A stretch of 64,000 bases of DNA, taken from Candidatus Bathyarchaeia archaeon (GTDB taxonomy: Archaea > Thermoproteota > Bathyarchaeia > 40CM-2-53-6 > CALIRQ01). Made by a program: the position numbers and the translations under genes. The stretch spans positions 4,908 through 68,907 of the forward strand of contig JAWBRV010000003.1 in the NCBI GenBank assembly GCA_038843675.1, given 5' to 3'. The notes under the pieces are model-generated. The model was not told the origin of the DNA, made no database searches, and saw only the letters and a program-made list of their open reading frames with translations. Below are positions 26,248-34,631 of this stretch, piece by piece (position 1 is the first letter of the stretch; the number at the start of each line of letters is the position of its first letter).

Positions 26248-27137
26248 AGCTCCAGCGCCATGGAATCGTATGCGACCATGGAGTTTGGGAATATCTGCTT
26301 GGCTTGGAGGAGCAACGGGGCTGGGTCCCGATACATCGGGCTCAAATGGAAGAGGACCAAGGCCCCGACCCCGGCCCCCTTGGCCACCGATGCGGCTTCG
26401 CTTGCGGTTGAATGCCCATATTCCTCAGCCTCCTTCGCCCTCGAATCGTCGAACGTCGAATCGTGGATTAGGAGATCGGCGCCCCTCGATAGGTTGATGA
26501 TGGGCTTGGAGGGCCTTGTATCGGAGGCGTATACGATCTTCTTCCCGCGCTTCGGCTCCCCTAGGACTTGGGATGGCTCCACGACCCTCCCGTTGACGTT
26601 AACGGCCCTCCCAAGTTGGAGCTCCTTCCAAAGCGGCCCCTTCGGGACCCCGAGCTCCATCGCCCTCTCGGGCAAGAAAACCCTCCTCGCCTCCTCCTCC
26701 AGCGAAAAGGCATTGCAGGGAATCCCGTGTTCTGCGCATTCGGCGAGGACCCTATATCCCCTCCCCCTAACCACCTCACCTCCCGAGACCTCCTTAACCC
26801 CAATGGGGAACTTCAGATCGAATCCCAAGACCCTCCCGATCGATTCTAGGAACTCCCGGATCCCCGGAGGGCCGTAGATCTCGAGCTCCCTCCTCCTTCC
26901 CAAGAGGGACATGCTCATCAACAGGCCCGGTAGCCCGAGGACGTGATCCCCGTGCATGTGGGTGATGAATATCCTCATTGGGTTGTTGAGGCCGAGCCCG
27001 CAAGCGGCCATGCGGGTTTGCGTTCCCTCGCCGCAATCGAACATGAGCAATTCCCCCTCCCTCCTGACAATAACGGATGGCGAAGTCCTGAACCCGGTCG
27101 GGATGCTTCCCCCCGTCCCCAAGAAGCGGACCTCCAA
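26244..27137 (-). CDS. rnz: Ribonuclease Z (tRNA 3' endonuclease)
   Basis: Metallo-beta-lactamase HxHxDH (HMHGDH). Short-form RNase Z length of 297 aa. Confidence 0.9.
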   Translation of the reverse strand: MEVRFLGTGGSIPTGFRTSPSVIVRREGELLMFDCGEGTQTRMAACGLGLNNPMRIFITHMHGDHVLGLPGLLMSMSLLGRRRELEIYGPPGIREFLESIGRVLGFDLKFPIGVKEVSGGEVVRGRGYRVLAECAEHGIPCNAFSLEEEARRVFLPERAMELGVPKGPLWKELQLGRAVNVNGRVVEPSQVLGEPKRGKKIVYASDTRPSKPIINLSRGADLLIHDSTFDDSRAKEAEEYGHSTASEAASVAKGAGVGALVLFHLSPMYRDPAPLLLQAKQIFPNSMVAYDSMALEL

Positions 27138-27141
27138 GGCT

Positions 27142-28188
27142 TCAACGCCTCCTGAAGACCGATACGATCCTCGTTAGCCCCTTATGAACGAATAGCTCAT
27201 GGCCCTCGATATGATCGAACCCGGCCTCTGCCGCCAGCGAGGCCGCATCGATCGAACTCGGATGCGCCATGCAAAGATGGCCGCCCGGCGCCAACGAATC
27301 GCGCGCCCTCGGGAGGAACCCGGCGAGGATCCCCTCGAGGCGCCTCTTGAGCGATGAGGCCCTCCTCCCATATGGGGGATCGGTCGCTATAGCCCGAACC
27401 CCTTGGATGGGCAATAGGATGGCATCGGATCGCACCAAGCCGATGAATGGAAGGCCGAAATGCTCCAAGTTGGCCCTAGCCCCGCGGATCATCTTGGGGT
27501 CGATATCCGATCCGATCGTTTCGCAACCTATCGAAGCCGCCTCGAGGAGTATTCCCCCCGCCCCGCAAAAGGGATCGAGGAACGCCTCGCCGGCCTTGGC
27601 CCTCGAGAGGTTGACCATGCACCTGGCCAACTTGGGTGGCATGCTGGATGGATGGAAGAAGGGCCTCCTCCTCGGTGCCCTCTCGGCCGAGGATTTGGCG
27701 CACCCTTTGGCCATCGCGAGCCCTAGCGTGAAGCCGTCTTGGGAGATTATGCCCAAGAACAATTTATCCGGCCCTTCCAAATCGACCTTGGCCCCACCCG
27801 ATCCGGAGGCTATGAGGGCCCCTATGGACCTTTCCAGATCCGGACTCCTCAAATGCCCCCCAGCGCCGAAGAGCTTCCGAACCCTGACGGCGAACCTATC
27901 CCCCCGGCTCAGGAAATGGCTCGGATCGGAATCGCGGCAGGCTCTCAGGATCGCTGCCTCATCGAGCTCATCGGAATGCGCCAGCTCAAGCCCGCAGATT
28001 TTGCACATAAAGCTCCTCTCCCCCACGGCTTTCAGGGCCGCCAAATCCGCCCTTAACCTCACGAGGCCCGGATGGGAGCAGAGGATCTCGAATCCCAATC
28101 CCTCCGCTTGTAGGATCGCCAACACCTCGGCCCCGGGCAGGGTTGGATGATCCCTCGAAAGGAGGAAGAAGAGGTTTCCAATCAAGCG
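27142..28188 (-). CDS. tRNA (guanine10-N2)-methyltransferase Trm-G10/Trm11 (THUMP + class I methyltransferase); TTG start overlapping the prs stop
   Basis: N-terminal FFLLSRDHPTLPGAEVLAIL matches the Trm11 start. SAM motif DPFCGAGGILLEA and catalytic DPPYG. The ORF-track N-terminal extension overlaps prs by 150 bp and is unlikely. Confidence 0.75.
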   Translation of the reverse strand, partial: RLIGNLFFLLSRDHPTLPGAEVLAILQAEGLGFEILCSHPGLVRLRADLAALKAVGERSFMCKICGLELAHSDELDEAAILRACRDSDPSHFLSRGDRFAVRVRKLFGAGGHLRSPDLERSIGALIASGSGGAKVDLEGPDKLFLGIISQDGFTLGLAMAKGCAKSSAERAPRRRPFFHPSSMPPKLARCMVNLSRAKAGEAFLDPFCGAGGILLEAASIGCETIGSDIDPKMIRGARANLEHFGLPFIGLVRSDAILLPIQGVRAIATDPPYGRRASSLKRRLEGILAGFLPRARDSLAPGGHLCMAHPSSIDAASLAAEAGFDHIEGHELFVHKGLTRIVSVFRRR

Positions 28189-29081
28189 CTCGACCTCAAG
28201 GCCTCCGCTATCGCGTTGGCCACTGAGACCTTCTCGAATGGGTTCGGGAAGGAATCGGTTCCGACGATCTCCTCGGCCCCCGCCTCCAATAATCTCCTCC
28301 CAACGCCTTCGCCTAGGAGCGGATGGGTACAAGCCACGAAAATCCTATGGGGGCCCTCAGCCCTGATCGCGGCCATCGCCTTGAGCATGCTGCCCCCGGT
28401 GGAGATCATATCGTCGACGAGCACGACGTCCCTCCCGGAGAAGCGGGCCCCGGAAGGGGTTACAGAGACCTCGCCGGTTATGCGATCCCTCTCCTTCCTG
28501 AAATTGGATGCCTCGCATCCCAGAACGCCGGCGACCTCCTCTGCGTGGCGCTTGGCTCCTTCATCCGGTGAAACGACGATCGGGTCCCTTAACTCCTTCC
28601 CTAGGAAATACTTGCCTATGTCGAACATGGCCGTTATATTTTTTGCAGGGATCCCCGAGCGGGCGAGGGCCTCCTCGGAATGCACGTCTAGGACGAATAG
28701 CTTCCTAATGCCGGCGCACCTCATCAGCTTGCATACGGTTACAACGCTCACAGCCTCGCCGGCCCTGAACATCTTATCCTGCCTAGAATAGGCCAAATAG
28801 GGAACTACGGCCTCCACCCCCATCCCCGCATCCCTAGCGGCATCGGCCATCAGGAACAATTGCATCAAATGCCTATCTTGGGGGGGATGGGTCGATTGGA
28901 CTATGACGACCTCGGAGCCCTCGAAATCCCCCCAATCGATCCTTATATAGGATTCGCCATCCGGGAACGTTTTGAACTCCAAAGGTATGAGCCTCCAGCC
29001 CAGCGCGGAGGCTATCTTGGCCCCGAGCTCCGAGGAGGCGGGGCCCGCGATTATCCCCTTCAAGCCATCCACCGCCATCCC
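28182..29081 (-). CDS. prs: Ribose-phosphate pyrophosphokinase (start at MAVDGLKGII)
   Basis: PRPP synthase motifs (DLHS-like VLDVHSEEA; PRPP-binding VLVDDMISTGGS). Confidence 0.85.
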   Translation of the reverse strand, partial: GMAVDGLKGIIAGPASSELGAKIASALGWRLIPLEFKTFPDGESYIRIDWGDFEGSEVVIVQSTHPPQDRHLMQLFLMADAARDAGMGVEAVVPYLAYSRQDKMFRAGEAVSVVTVCKLMRCAGIRKLFVLDVHSEEALARSGIPAKNITAMFDIGKYFLGKELRDPIVVSPDEGAKRHAEEVAGVLGCEASNFRKERDRITGEVSVTPSGARFSGRDVVLVDDMISTGGSMLKAMAAIRAEGPHRIFVACTHPLLGEGVGRRLLEAGAEEIVGTDSFPNPFEKVSVANAIAEALRSSA

Positions 29082-29131
29082 CAATTTGGGCCGGGGGATA
29101 TATGGTTGTCTCGCCACATCGGCCCCCGGAT

Positions 29132-29809
29132 CTATTCGCGGGCGGATATGCGCTCGGACCTCGTGAATTGGACCCCCCTCTTGACCATTGAATCCAGCGC
29201 CTTGGATAGGTTGCCGGGTGGGGAATCGATGGCCCTCGTTAAATCGATTGGGATAACTACCTCGAATCCCGAATCCCTCCCATCGAGGGCTGAGAAATAG
29301 ACGCAATAATCTAGGGCCAGCCCGCAGAGGAAGATCCGCTTAACCCCCAATTCCCCAAGATAGCCAGATAGGCCCGTGCGCGTTTTCCTATCATTCTCCA
29401 AGAACGCCGAATAGCTGTCCACGGCTGGCCGGAACCCCTTCCTTATCACGGCTTTGGCGAGCTTCGCATTGAAGCCCGGGTGGAAATCCGCCCCTTGAGA
29501 GCCTTGGACGCAATGATCGGGCCAAAGGACTGGGCCTATCCCCCCCGCCTCATATCTCTCGAAGGGCCTTTTGCCGTGGCTGCTGGCGAACGATAGATGG
29601 CCCGGGGGGTGCCAATCCTGCGTCGCGACTATTGGATTGCCAAGGCGATGGAAAATTTCGGCCAAGGCATTTATGGGGGGGATTATCTCATCGCCGCCCT
29701 CGACCGGAAGCGCGCCGGATGGCATGAAATCGTTCTGCAAATCGATCACTATCAATGCATCCGCACCCCCCACCTCGACCTCGATTAACTCCAGCTCCTC
29801 CAGCCTCAT
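29132..29809 (-). CDS. pncA: Isochorismatase-family hydrolase, probable nicotinamidase/pyrazinamidase
   Basis: ALIVIDLQNDF start, catalytic Cys in RIFLCGLALDYCV, and the metal-binding D/H pattern of PncA. Confidence 0.7.
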   Translation of the reverse strand: MRLEELELIEVEVGGADALIVIDLQNDFMPSGALPVEGGDEIIPPINALAEIFHRLGNPIVATQDWHPPGHLSFASSHGKRPFERYEAGGIGPVLWPDHCVQGSQGADFHPGFNAKLAKAVIRKGFRPAVDSYSAFLENDRKTRTGLSGYLGELGVKRIFLCGLALDYCVYFSALDGRDSGFEVVIPIDLTRAIDSPPGNLSKALDSMVKRGVQFTRSERISARE

Positions 29810-29990
29810 GAGCGGATCCCCTCATTATTACTAAGGCATTTGCCATCCTTGATCCGCCCCCAAGGCTTAAAAACATTCGAGGATGGCCTCGTGGGCTCCT
29901 CGTCGCTAAACCGCTCGGGATCGATTGTTGCCGATCCCCGCAGTCGATCCCCCAACTTTTTAAGGACATGCGCCGAAGGCCCATCTCGCG

Positions 29991-30461
29991 ATGTCCGAGC
30001 CTGTAAGGGTACGCGAGATCATGGCCGGGGATCCGCTGACATGCTCCCCGAGCGATCGATTGGATGACGCCGTTGAAAAGATGAACCGCCTCAGGGTCGG
30101 CTCGATCATAGCCGTGGAGGGGGGGCGGCCCGTGGGGATAGTTACGGAGAGGGATATACTGGTCAAGGTCGTAGCCAAGGGGAGGTTGGCGAGGGACCTG
30201 AGGGTTCATGAGATAATGAGCGCTCCGGTTCGAACGATCCTTGAGGATGCGCCGGTGGAGGAGGCCGCAAAGAGGATGGTGGATTGGGGCATCAAGAGGC
30301 TTGTGGTCCTCAGTGGATCATCGCTCGTGGGCATAATAACGGCCACCGATATAATGAGGGCGGTGGCGGCCGGGAAATTGGCGCGCGAGGTCTACCTATA
30401 CCTGTCGGATATATTTAAGGGCCCCCATCTATCTGGGCTGATCGGGCAGAAGGGGTGTTGA
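29991..30461 (+). CDS. CBS-domain pair protein
   Basis: Two CBS repeats (VREIM...; VHEIMSAPVRTI...). Confidence 0.8.
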   Translation: MSEPVRVREIMAGDPLTCSPSDRLDDAVEKMNRLRVGSIIAVEGGRPVGIVTERDILVKVVAKGRLARDLRVHEIMSAPVRTILEDAPVEEAAKRMVDWGIKRLVVLSGSSLVGIITATDIMRAVAAGKLAREVYLYLSDIFKGPHLSGLIGQKGC

Positions 30462-30597
30462 GTTGCGGATAAGTTGCTCAGGAACCCGGTTTCTCAATCA
30501 TCCGGAACACTTCAGCCCTAGCCTGTTCCTCATCGCAACCCAAAGCCCTTTGCAGGAGATGAGAATATAAAACCTTTAGTGATGGAGGGATCCGGGC

Positions 30598-31359
30598 TTG
30601 TACGCCGTATTCCTCATCGGCATGGCCGGCTCCGGCAAATCGGCCTTGACGTCCGAGCTCCTGAACTGGGCTAGGTTGAAGGATCAGGACGTGATCTCGC
30701 TCAACTTGGATCCCGGGGTTAGATCCCTCCCCTACAATCCGGATGTGGACATAAGGTCCTACGTGAGCGTCGAGGGCCTCATGGAGGAGTACGGCTTGGG
30801 CCCGAACGGGGCCCTCCTCATGGCGGCGGATCTTATGGGGGATTACCTAGAGGAGTTGAGGGATGAGGTCGAATCCACCGGCGCGGATTTGGTCTTGGTG
30901 GATACCCCGGGGCAGATAGAGCTCTTCGCCTTCCGGGAGAGCGGGAAGTTCATAGCCGCCGAGTTCACCGATGATCCGAAGGCCGTGGTCTACCTCTTCG
31001 ATGGGCCGTTCTCCAAGAACCCGCTGAACTACATCTCGAATATGTATATGTCGATGGCCGTTTATGAGAGGCTGATGCTCCCGCAGATCTACGTCCTCAG
31101 CAAGGCCGACCTCCTATCGGAGGAGGAGCTCGGGACGGTTATGGGATGGTCGGAGGATATCGAGAACTTGGAGGATGCCCTCAGGGGGGCCTCCGAGGGG
31201 ACCGCCTACCTAATATCCAAGGATCTAGCTAGGGCGATCAGCGGGATAGGGATAGATTTCCATCCCCTGCCCGTATCCTCGAAGAAGGCCATTGGGCTCA
31301 CGGAGCTTTACGCCGAGATCACGAGGGCCCTCAGGGGGGGCGAGGAGCTGGATCCCTGA
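30598..31359 (+). CDS. GPN-loop GTPase
   Basis: P-loop GMAGSGKS, GPN motif (LDPGV... region) and VDTPGQIELF. Confidence 0.8.
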   Translation: MYAVFLIGMAGSGKSALTSELLNWARLKDQDVISLNLDPGVRSLPYNPDVDIRSYVSVEGLMEEYGLGPNGALLMAADLMGDYLEELRDEVESTGADLVLVDTPGQIELFAFRESGKFIAAEFTDDPKAVVYLFDGPFSKNPLNYISNMYMSMAVYERLMLPQIYVLSKADLLSEEELGTVMGWSEDIENLEDALRGASEGTAYLISKDLARAISGIGIDFHPLPVSSKKAIGLTELYAEITRALRGGEELDP

Positions 31360-31423
31360 GGGGATCGGGCCACCATAAGCGATTTATTAATATCGCCGAT
31401 GAGATGCGCTTGGGTAATCGCGG

Positions 31424-32119
31424 ATGGGCGCGAGGGCCGAGAGGATAATCAAGAAAGCGCTCTCCGAGGGCAGGAAGAACCTGACGGGCCTTGAGGCCAA
31501 GGAGATATGCAAGGATTACAAAATACCGGTGCCCAACTATCGCTTGGCGAGGAGCGAAAGGGAGGCCGTGGAGTTCGCCAAGAGGATGGGGTTTCCCGTG
31601 GTCCTCGAGGTGGTTTCCGCGGACATCCTCCACAAGACCGACGTTGGGGGGATCTGCTTGAACCTAAAGGGCCCATCGGAGGTGAGGGCCCATTATCGAA
31701 TGATCCTGAAGAACGTCAAGAGGAAGAGGCCCGATGCGAAGATCGATGGGGTCATGGTGAGGAAGATGGCGCCGAGCGGCATAGAGGTCATAGTCGGCGG
31801 GATCAAGGATCCCCAATTCGGGCAAACCATAATGTTCGGCTTAGGGGGGATATTCGTGGAGGTCTTCAAGGACGTTACCTTCAGAGTGGCTCCGGTGTCG
31901 CAAGGGGAGGCCGAGGAGATGCTGAGGGAGATAAGGGGATATGAAATCCTCAAGGGCTATAGGGGGATGCCGAAGGCCGATGAGCGCGCCTTGGTCGATA
32001 TAATCCAGAAGACATCGGGATTGCTGATGGACTTCCCGGAGATATCCCAGATGGATCTTAACCCGATAATGGCCTATGAGAGGGGCGCGATGGTAGTGGA
32101 CGCCAAGATAGTGCTTTAA
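31424..32119 (+). CDS. Standalone ATP-grasp domain of ADP-forming acetyl-CoA synthetase (ACD beta-like)
   Basis: ATP-grasp segment EAKEICKDYKIPVP...FPVVLEVVSADILHKTDVGGI and a C-terminal NPIM region typical of the ACD beta subunit. Confidence 0.65.
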   Translation: MGARAERIIKKALSEGRKNLTGLEAKEICKDYKIPVPNYRLARSEREAVEFAKRMGFPVVLEVVSADILHKTDVGGICLNLKGPSEVRAHYRMILKNVKRKRPDAKIDGVMVRKMAPSGIEVIVGGIKDPQFGQTIMFGLGGIFVEVFKDVTFRVAPVSQGEAEEMLREIRGYEILKGYRGMPKADERALVDIIQKTSGLLMDFPEISQMDLNPIMAYERGAMVVDAKIVL

Positions 32120-32133
32120 GGCCATAAGGCCCT

Positions 32134-32964
32134 TTGGTGGGATCGCGGTTGGCCGATCCTTGGGATAGGGCGGAGGAGATCAGCAGGGCCATATGGGAAT
32201 TGAAGGAGAGGGCCAAGGAGCTCAAGGCGAGGAGGGACTCCTATAATTCCGATGCGAAGCTGATCTTGGAAAGAAGGGAGGGGTTGAGCCTAAAGCTTAG
32301 GGAGATAATCAGGGAAATCCGTTCCAATAAGAGCGCGAGGGATGAGCTCAACAAAAGCCTCAAGGAGCTTAGGGCGCAAGAGTTGGAGCTGAAGCGCAAG
32401 GTCTCGGCGGCCATGAAGGCAATGGGGAGGAGCTCGAAGCTTGATGAGGCGGGCTTGGAGGAGGAGATCCGCAGGCTGGATTGGGTGATCCAGACCTCAT
32501 CCCTTCCGATCGAGAGGGAGAAGGAACTCGTGGAGCGGGTGAGAAGGCTGGAATCGGAGCTGGCCGAGGTGAGGCGGCAAATATCGTTTAGGAAGGACTT
32601 GGAGGAGATGCGGAGGAGGATCGAGGGCTTGCGGTCGGAAATAGCGGAGAAAGAGAAAGAGAGGGATGAGTTCCATGCGAGGGTCGTCTCGCTCGCGAAG
32701 GCCGCCGATTCACTCAGGGGGGAGATCAGGGAGGCGGAGAGCAGATACGTGGAGGTTAAAGGGGCGGCGGATGCGACCCATAGGGAGTATTTGGGGTGCT
32801 TGGAGAGGATAAAGGAGCTAAGAGCGGAGATCAAGGCCATGGAGGAGGAGAGGGTTAGGAGAAGGATGGAGGAACTGGAGAGGGCGGCCTCCGAGAAATT
32901 TAAAAATAGGAGGAAACTCTCCTTCGAGGAGTTCAAGATTTTGATGGAGAAGAAGACAATTTAG
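32134..32964 (+). CDS. Coiled-coil protein of unknown function
   Basis: 276 aa, heptad-rich E/K/R/L composition throughout, no catalytic motif recognised. Confidence 0.4.
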   Translation: MVGSRLADPWDRAEEISRAIWELKERAKELKARRDSYNSDAKLILERREGLSLKLREIIREIRSNKSARDELNKSLKELRAQELELKRKVSAAMKAMGRSSKLDEAGLEEEIRRLDWVIQTSSLPIEREKELVERVRRLESELAEVRRQISFRKDLEEMRRRIEGLRSEIAEKEKERDEFHARVVSLAKAADSLRGEIREAESRYVEVKGAADATHREYLGCLERIKELRAEIKAMEEERVRRRMEELERAASEKFKNRRKLSFEEFKILMEKKTI

Positions 32965-33010
32965 GTTTATTATCGACCGGGCCCAATCGGGATCGCGGTC
33001 CGAAGCGGAT

Positions 33011-33796
33011 TTGGGAGTTGGGAACGATCGGGTCAGGATAGCCATAATCGGCGGCACGGGCTTCGAGAGGATATTGGAAACGGGGGAGTCCGTGCTTATC
33101 GGGACGCCCTTCGGCATACCGCCTCGGATAATCTTGGGCGAGATCGGCGGGAGGAGGGTGGCGTTCCTGCCGCGCCACGGCCTCGAGCATAGCATCCCTC
33201 CGCATAGGATCAATTATAGGGCCAATATTTGGGCCCTCAAGTCCATGGGCATTGAGCGCATAATTTCCACGAACGCCGTTGGGGCGATCAACCCGGATTA
33301 CAGGCCCGGCGATATAGCGATCCCGGCCGACTTGATGGATTTCACAAAATGCAGGAGATCGACTTTCTTTGACGCGGCCCCCGTTACCCATATAGATGTC
33401 AGCACGCCCTTCTGCCCGGAGATAGCTAGCCTCTTGCTCGAGGAGTCTAAGAAGCATGCGCCCGTCGTCCGGAGCGGATCCGTAATGGCCGTGACCGAGG
33501 GGCCTAGGTTTGAGACCCCGGCGGAGATAAGGATGCTGAGGGCTTTGGGGGCCGATCTCGTAGGCATGACGGCCTCCCCCGAGGCGTTCTTGGCGAGGGA
33601 GCTCGGCATATGCTATTGCCCCCTTTGCTTCGTTTCGAATATGGCGGCCGGCATGCAAGAGAGGGTGACCGCCAAGGAGGTGCTGGAGGTGGCCGAAAGG
33701 CTTTATCCGATCATCGATGCAATCCTCAAGGGGGTCATAGCCTCGATCCCTTTGGAGAGGAAGTGCAATTGCATGGCCCCGGCCGGGGGGCCATAG
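33011..33796 (+). CDS. mtnP: S-methyl-5'-thioadenosine / purine nucleoside phosphorylase
   Basis: PNP/MTAP family motifs (IGGTG, MT phosphate-binding, C-terminal cysteines). Confidence 0.85.
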   Translation: MGVGNDRVRIAIIGGTGFERILETGESVLIGTPFGIPPRIILGEIGGRRVAFLPRHGLEHSIPPHRINYRANIWALKSMGIERIISTNAVGAINPDYRPGDIAIPADLMDFTKCRRSTFFDAAPVTHIDVSTPFCPEIASLLLEESKKHAPVVRSGSVMAVTEGPRFETPAEIRMLRALGADLVGMTASPEAFLARELGICYCPLCFVSNMAAGMQERVTAKEVLEVAERLYPIIDAILKGVIASIPLERKCNCMAPAGGP

Positions 33797-33799
33797 GGC

Positions 33800-34594
33800 T
33801 TGGCTGGGATATCGTTAAGGAGGATATTGGAGCTCACGGGCGTCTATAAACTCTACGAGAAGAAGCTACTGAGCGAGATCAAGGGGAAGGGGATGCCAGA
33901 GCATATAGCGGTCATATTGGATGGGAACAGGAGGTGGGCCTCGGAGCGGATGTTGCCAACGACCGAGGGCCATAACCACGGCGCCAAAACACTCGAGGAG
34001 TTCCTGCGGTGGTGCTTGGAGCTCGGGATAAAGATAGTAACCGTATACATACTCTCTACGGAGAATCTGGGGAGGAGCAAGGAGGAGATCGAGAACATAT
34101 TCCGGGTGATGGAGGAGAAGCTGAGGGCGATTATCTCCAATCCAGAGATCCATAGGAACGGAGTTAGGGTGAAGGTGCTCGGGAGGCTCTCCCTATTGCC
34201 CGAAAACCTGAGGGCTTTGTTGAGCGAGTTGGAGGATGCCACGAAGGGCTATAGCAATTGCTACTTCAACCTAGCCGTGGCTTACGGGGGGAGAATGGAG
34301 ATATTGGATGCGGCGAGGAAGATCGCGGAGATGGTCAAGGAGGGGAAGATAGAACCGAGCGAGATAGATGAGGATCTCTTCATGAGGAACCTCTACACCG
34401 CTCACCTGCCGAAGCCCGAACCGGACCTCATCATAAGGACCTCCGGGGAGGAGCGCTTGAGCGGGTTCCTGATATGGCAATCGGCGTATAGCGAGCTTTG
34501 CTTCTTGGATATATATTGGCCCGATTTCAGGAAGATCGACTTGCTGAGGGCCATAAGGATCTATCAAAGGAGATCTAGGAGGTTCGGGAGGTGA
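33800..34594 (+). CDS. uppS: Tritrans,polycis-undecaprenyl-diphosphate synthase (cis-prenyltransferase)
   Basis: HIAVILDGNRRWA and the C-terminal RFGR/ERLSGFLIWQSAYSE motifs. Confidence 0.9.
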   Translation: MAGISLRRILELTGVYKLYEKKLLSEIKGKGMPEHIAVILDGNRRWASERMLPTTEGHNHGAKTLEEFLRWCLELGIKIVTVYILSTENLGRSKEEIENIFRVMEEKLRAIISNPEIHRNGVRVKVLGRLSLLPENLRALLSELEDATKGYSNCYFNLAVAYGGRMEILDAARKIAEMVKEGKIEPSEIDEDLFMRNLYTAHLPKPEPDLIIRTSGEERLSGFLIWQSAYSELCFLDIYWPDFRKIDLLRAIRIYQRRSRRFGR

Positions 34595-34631
34595 GCCAAC
34601 GACTGGCATTGAGGTCCGGGTGATTTTCTAA

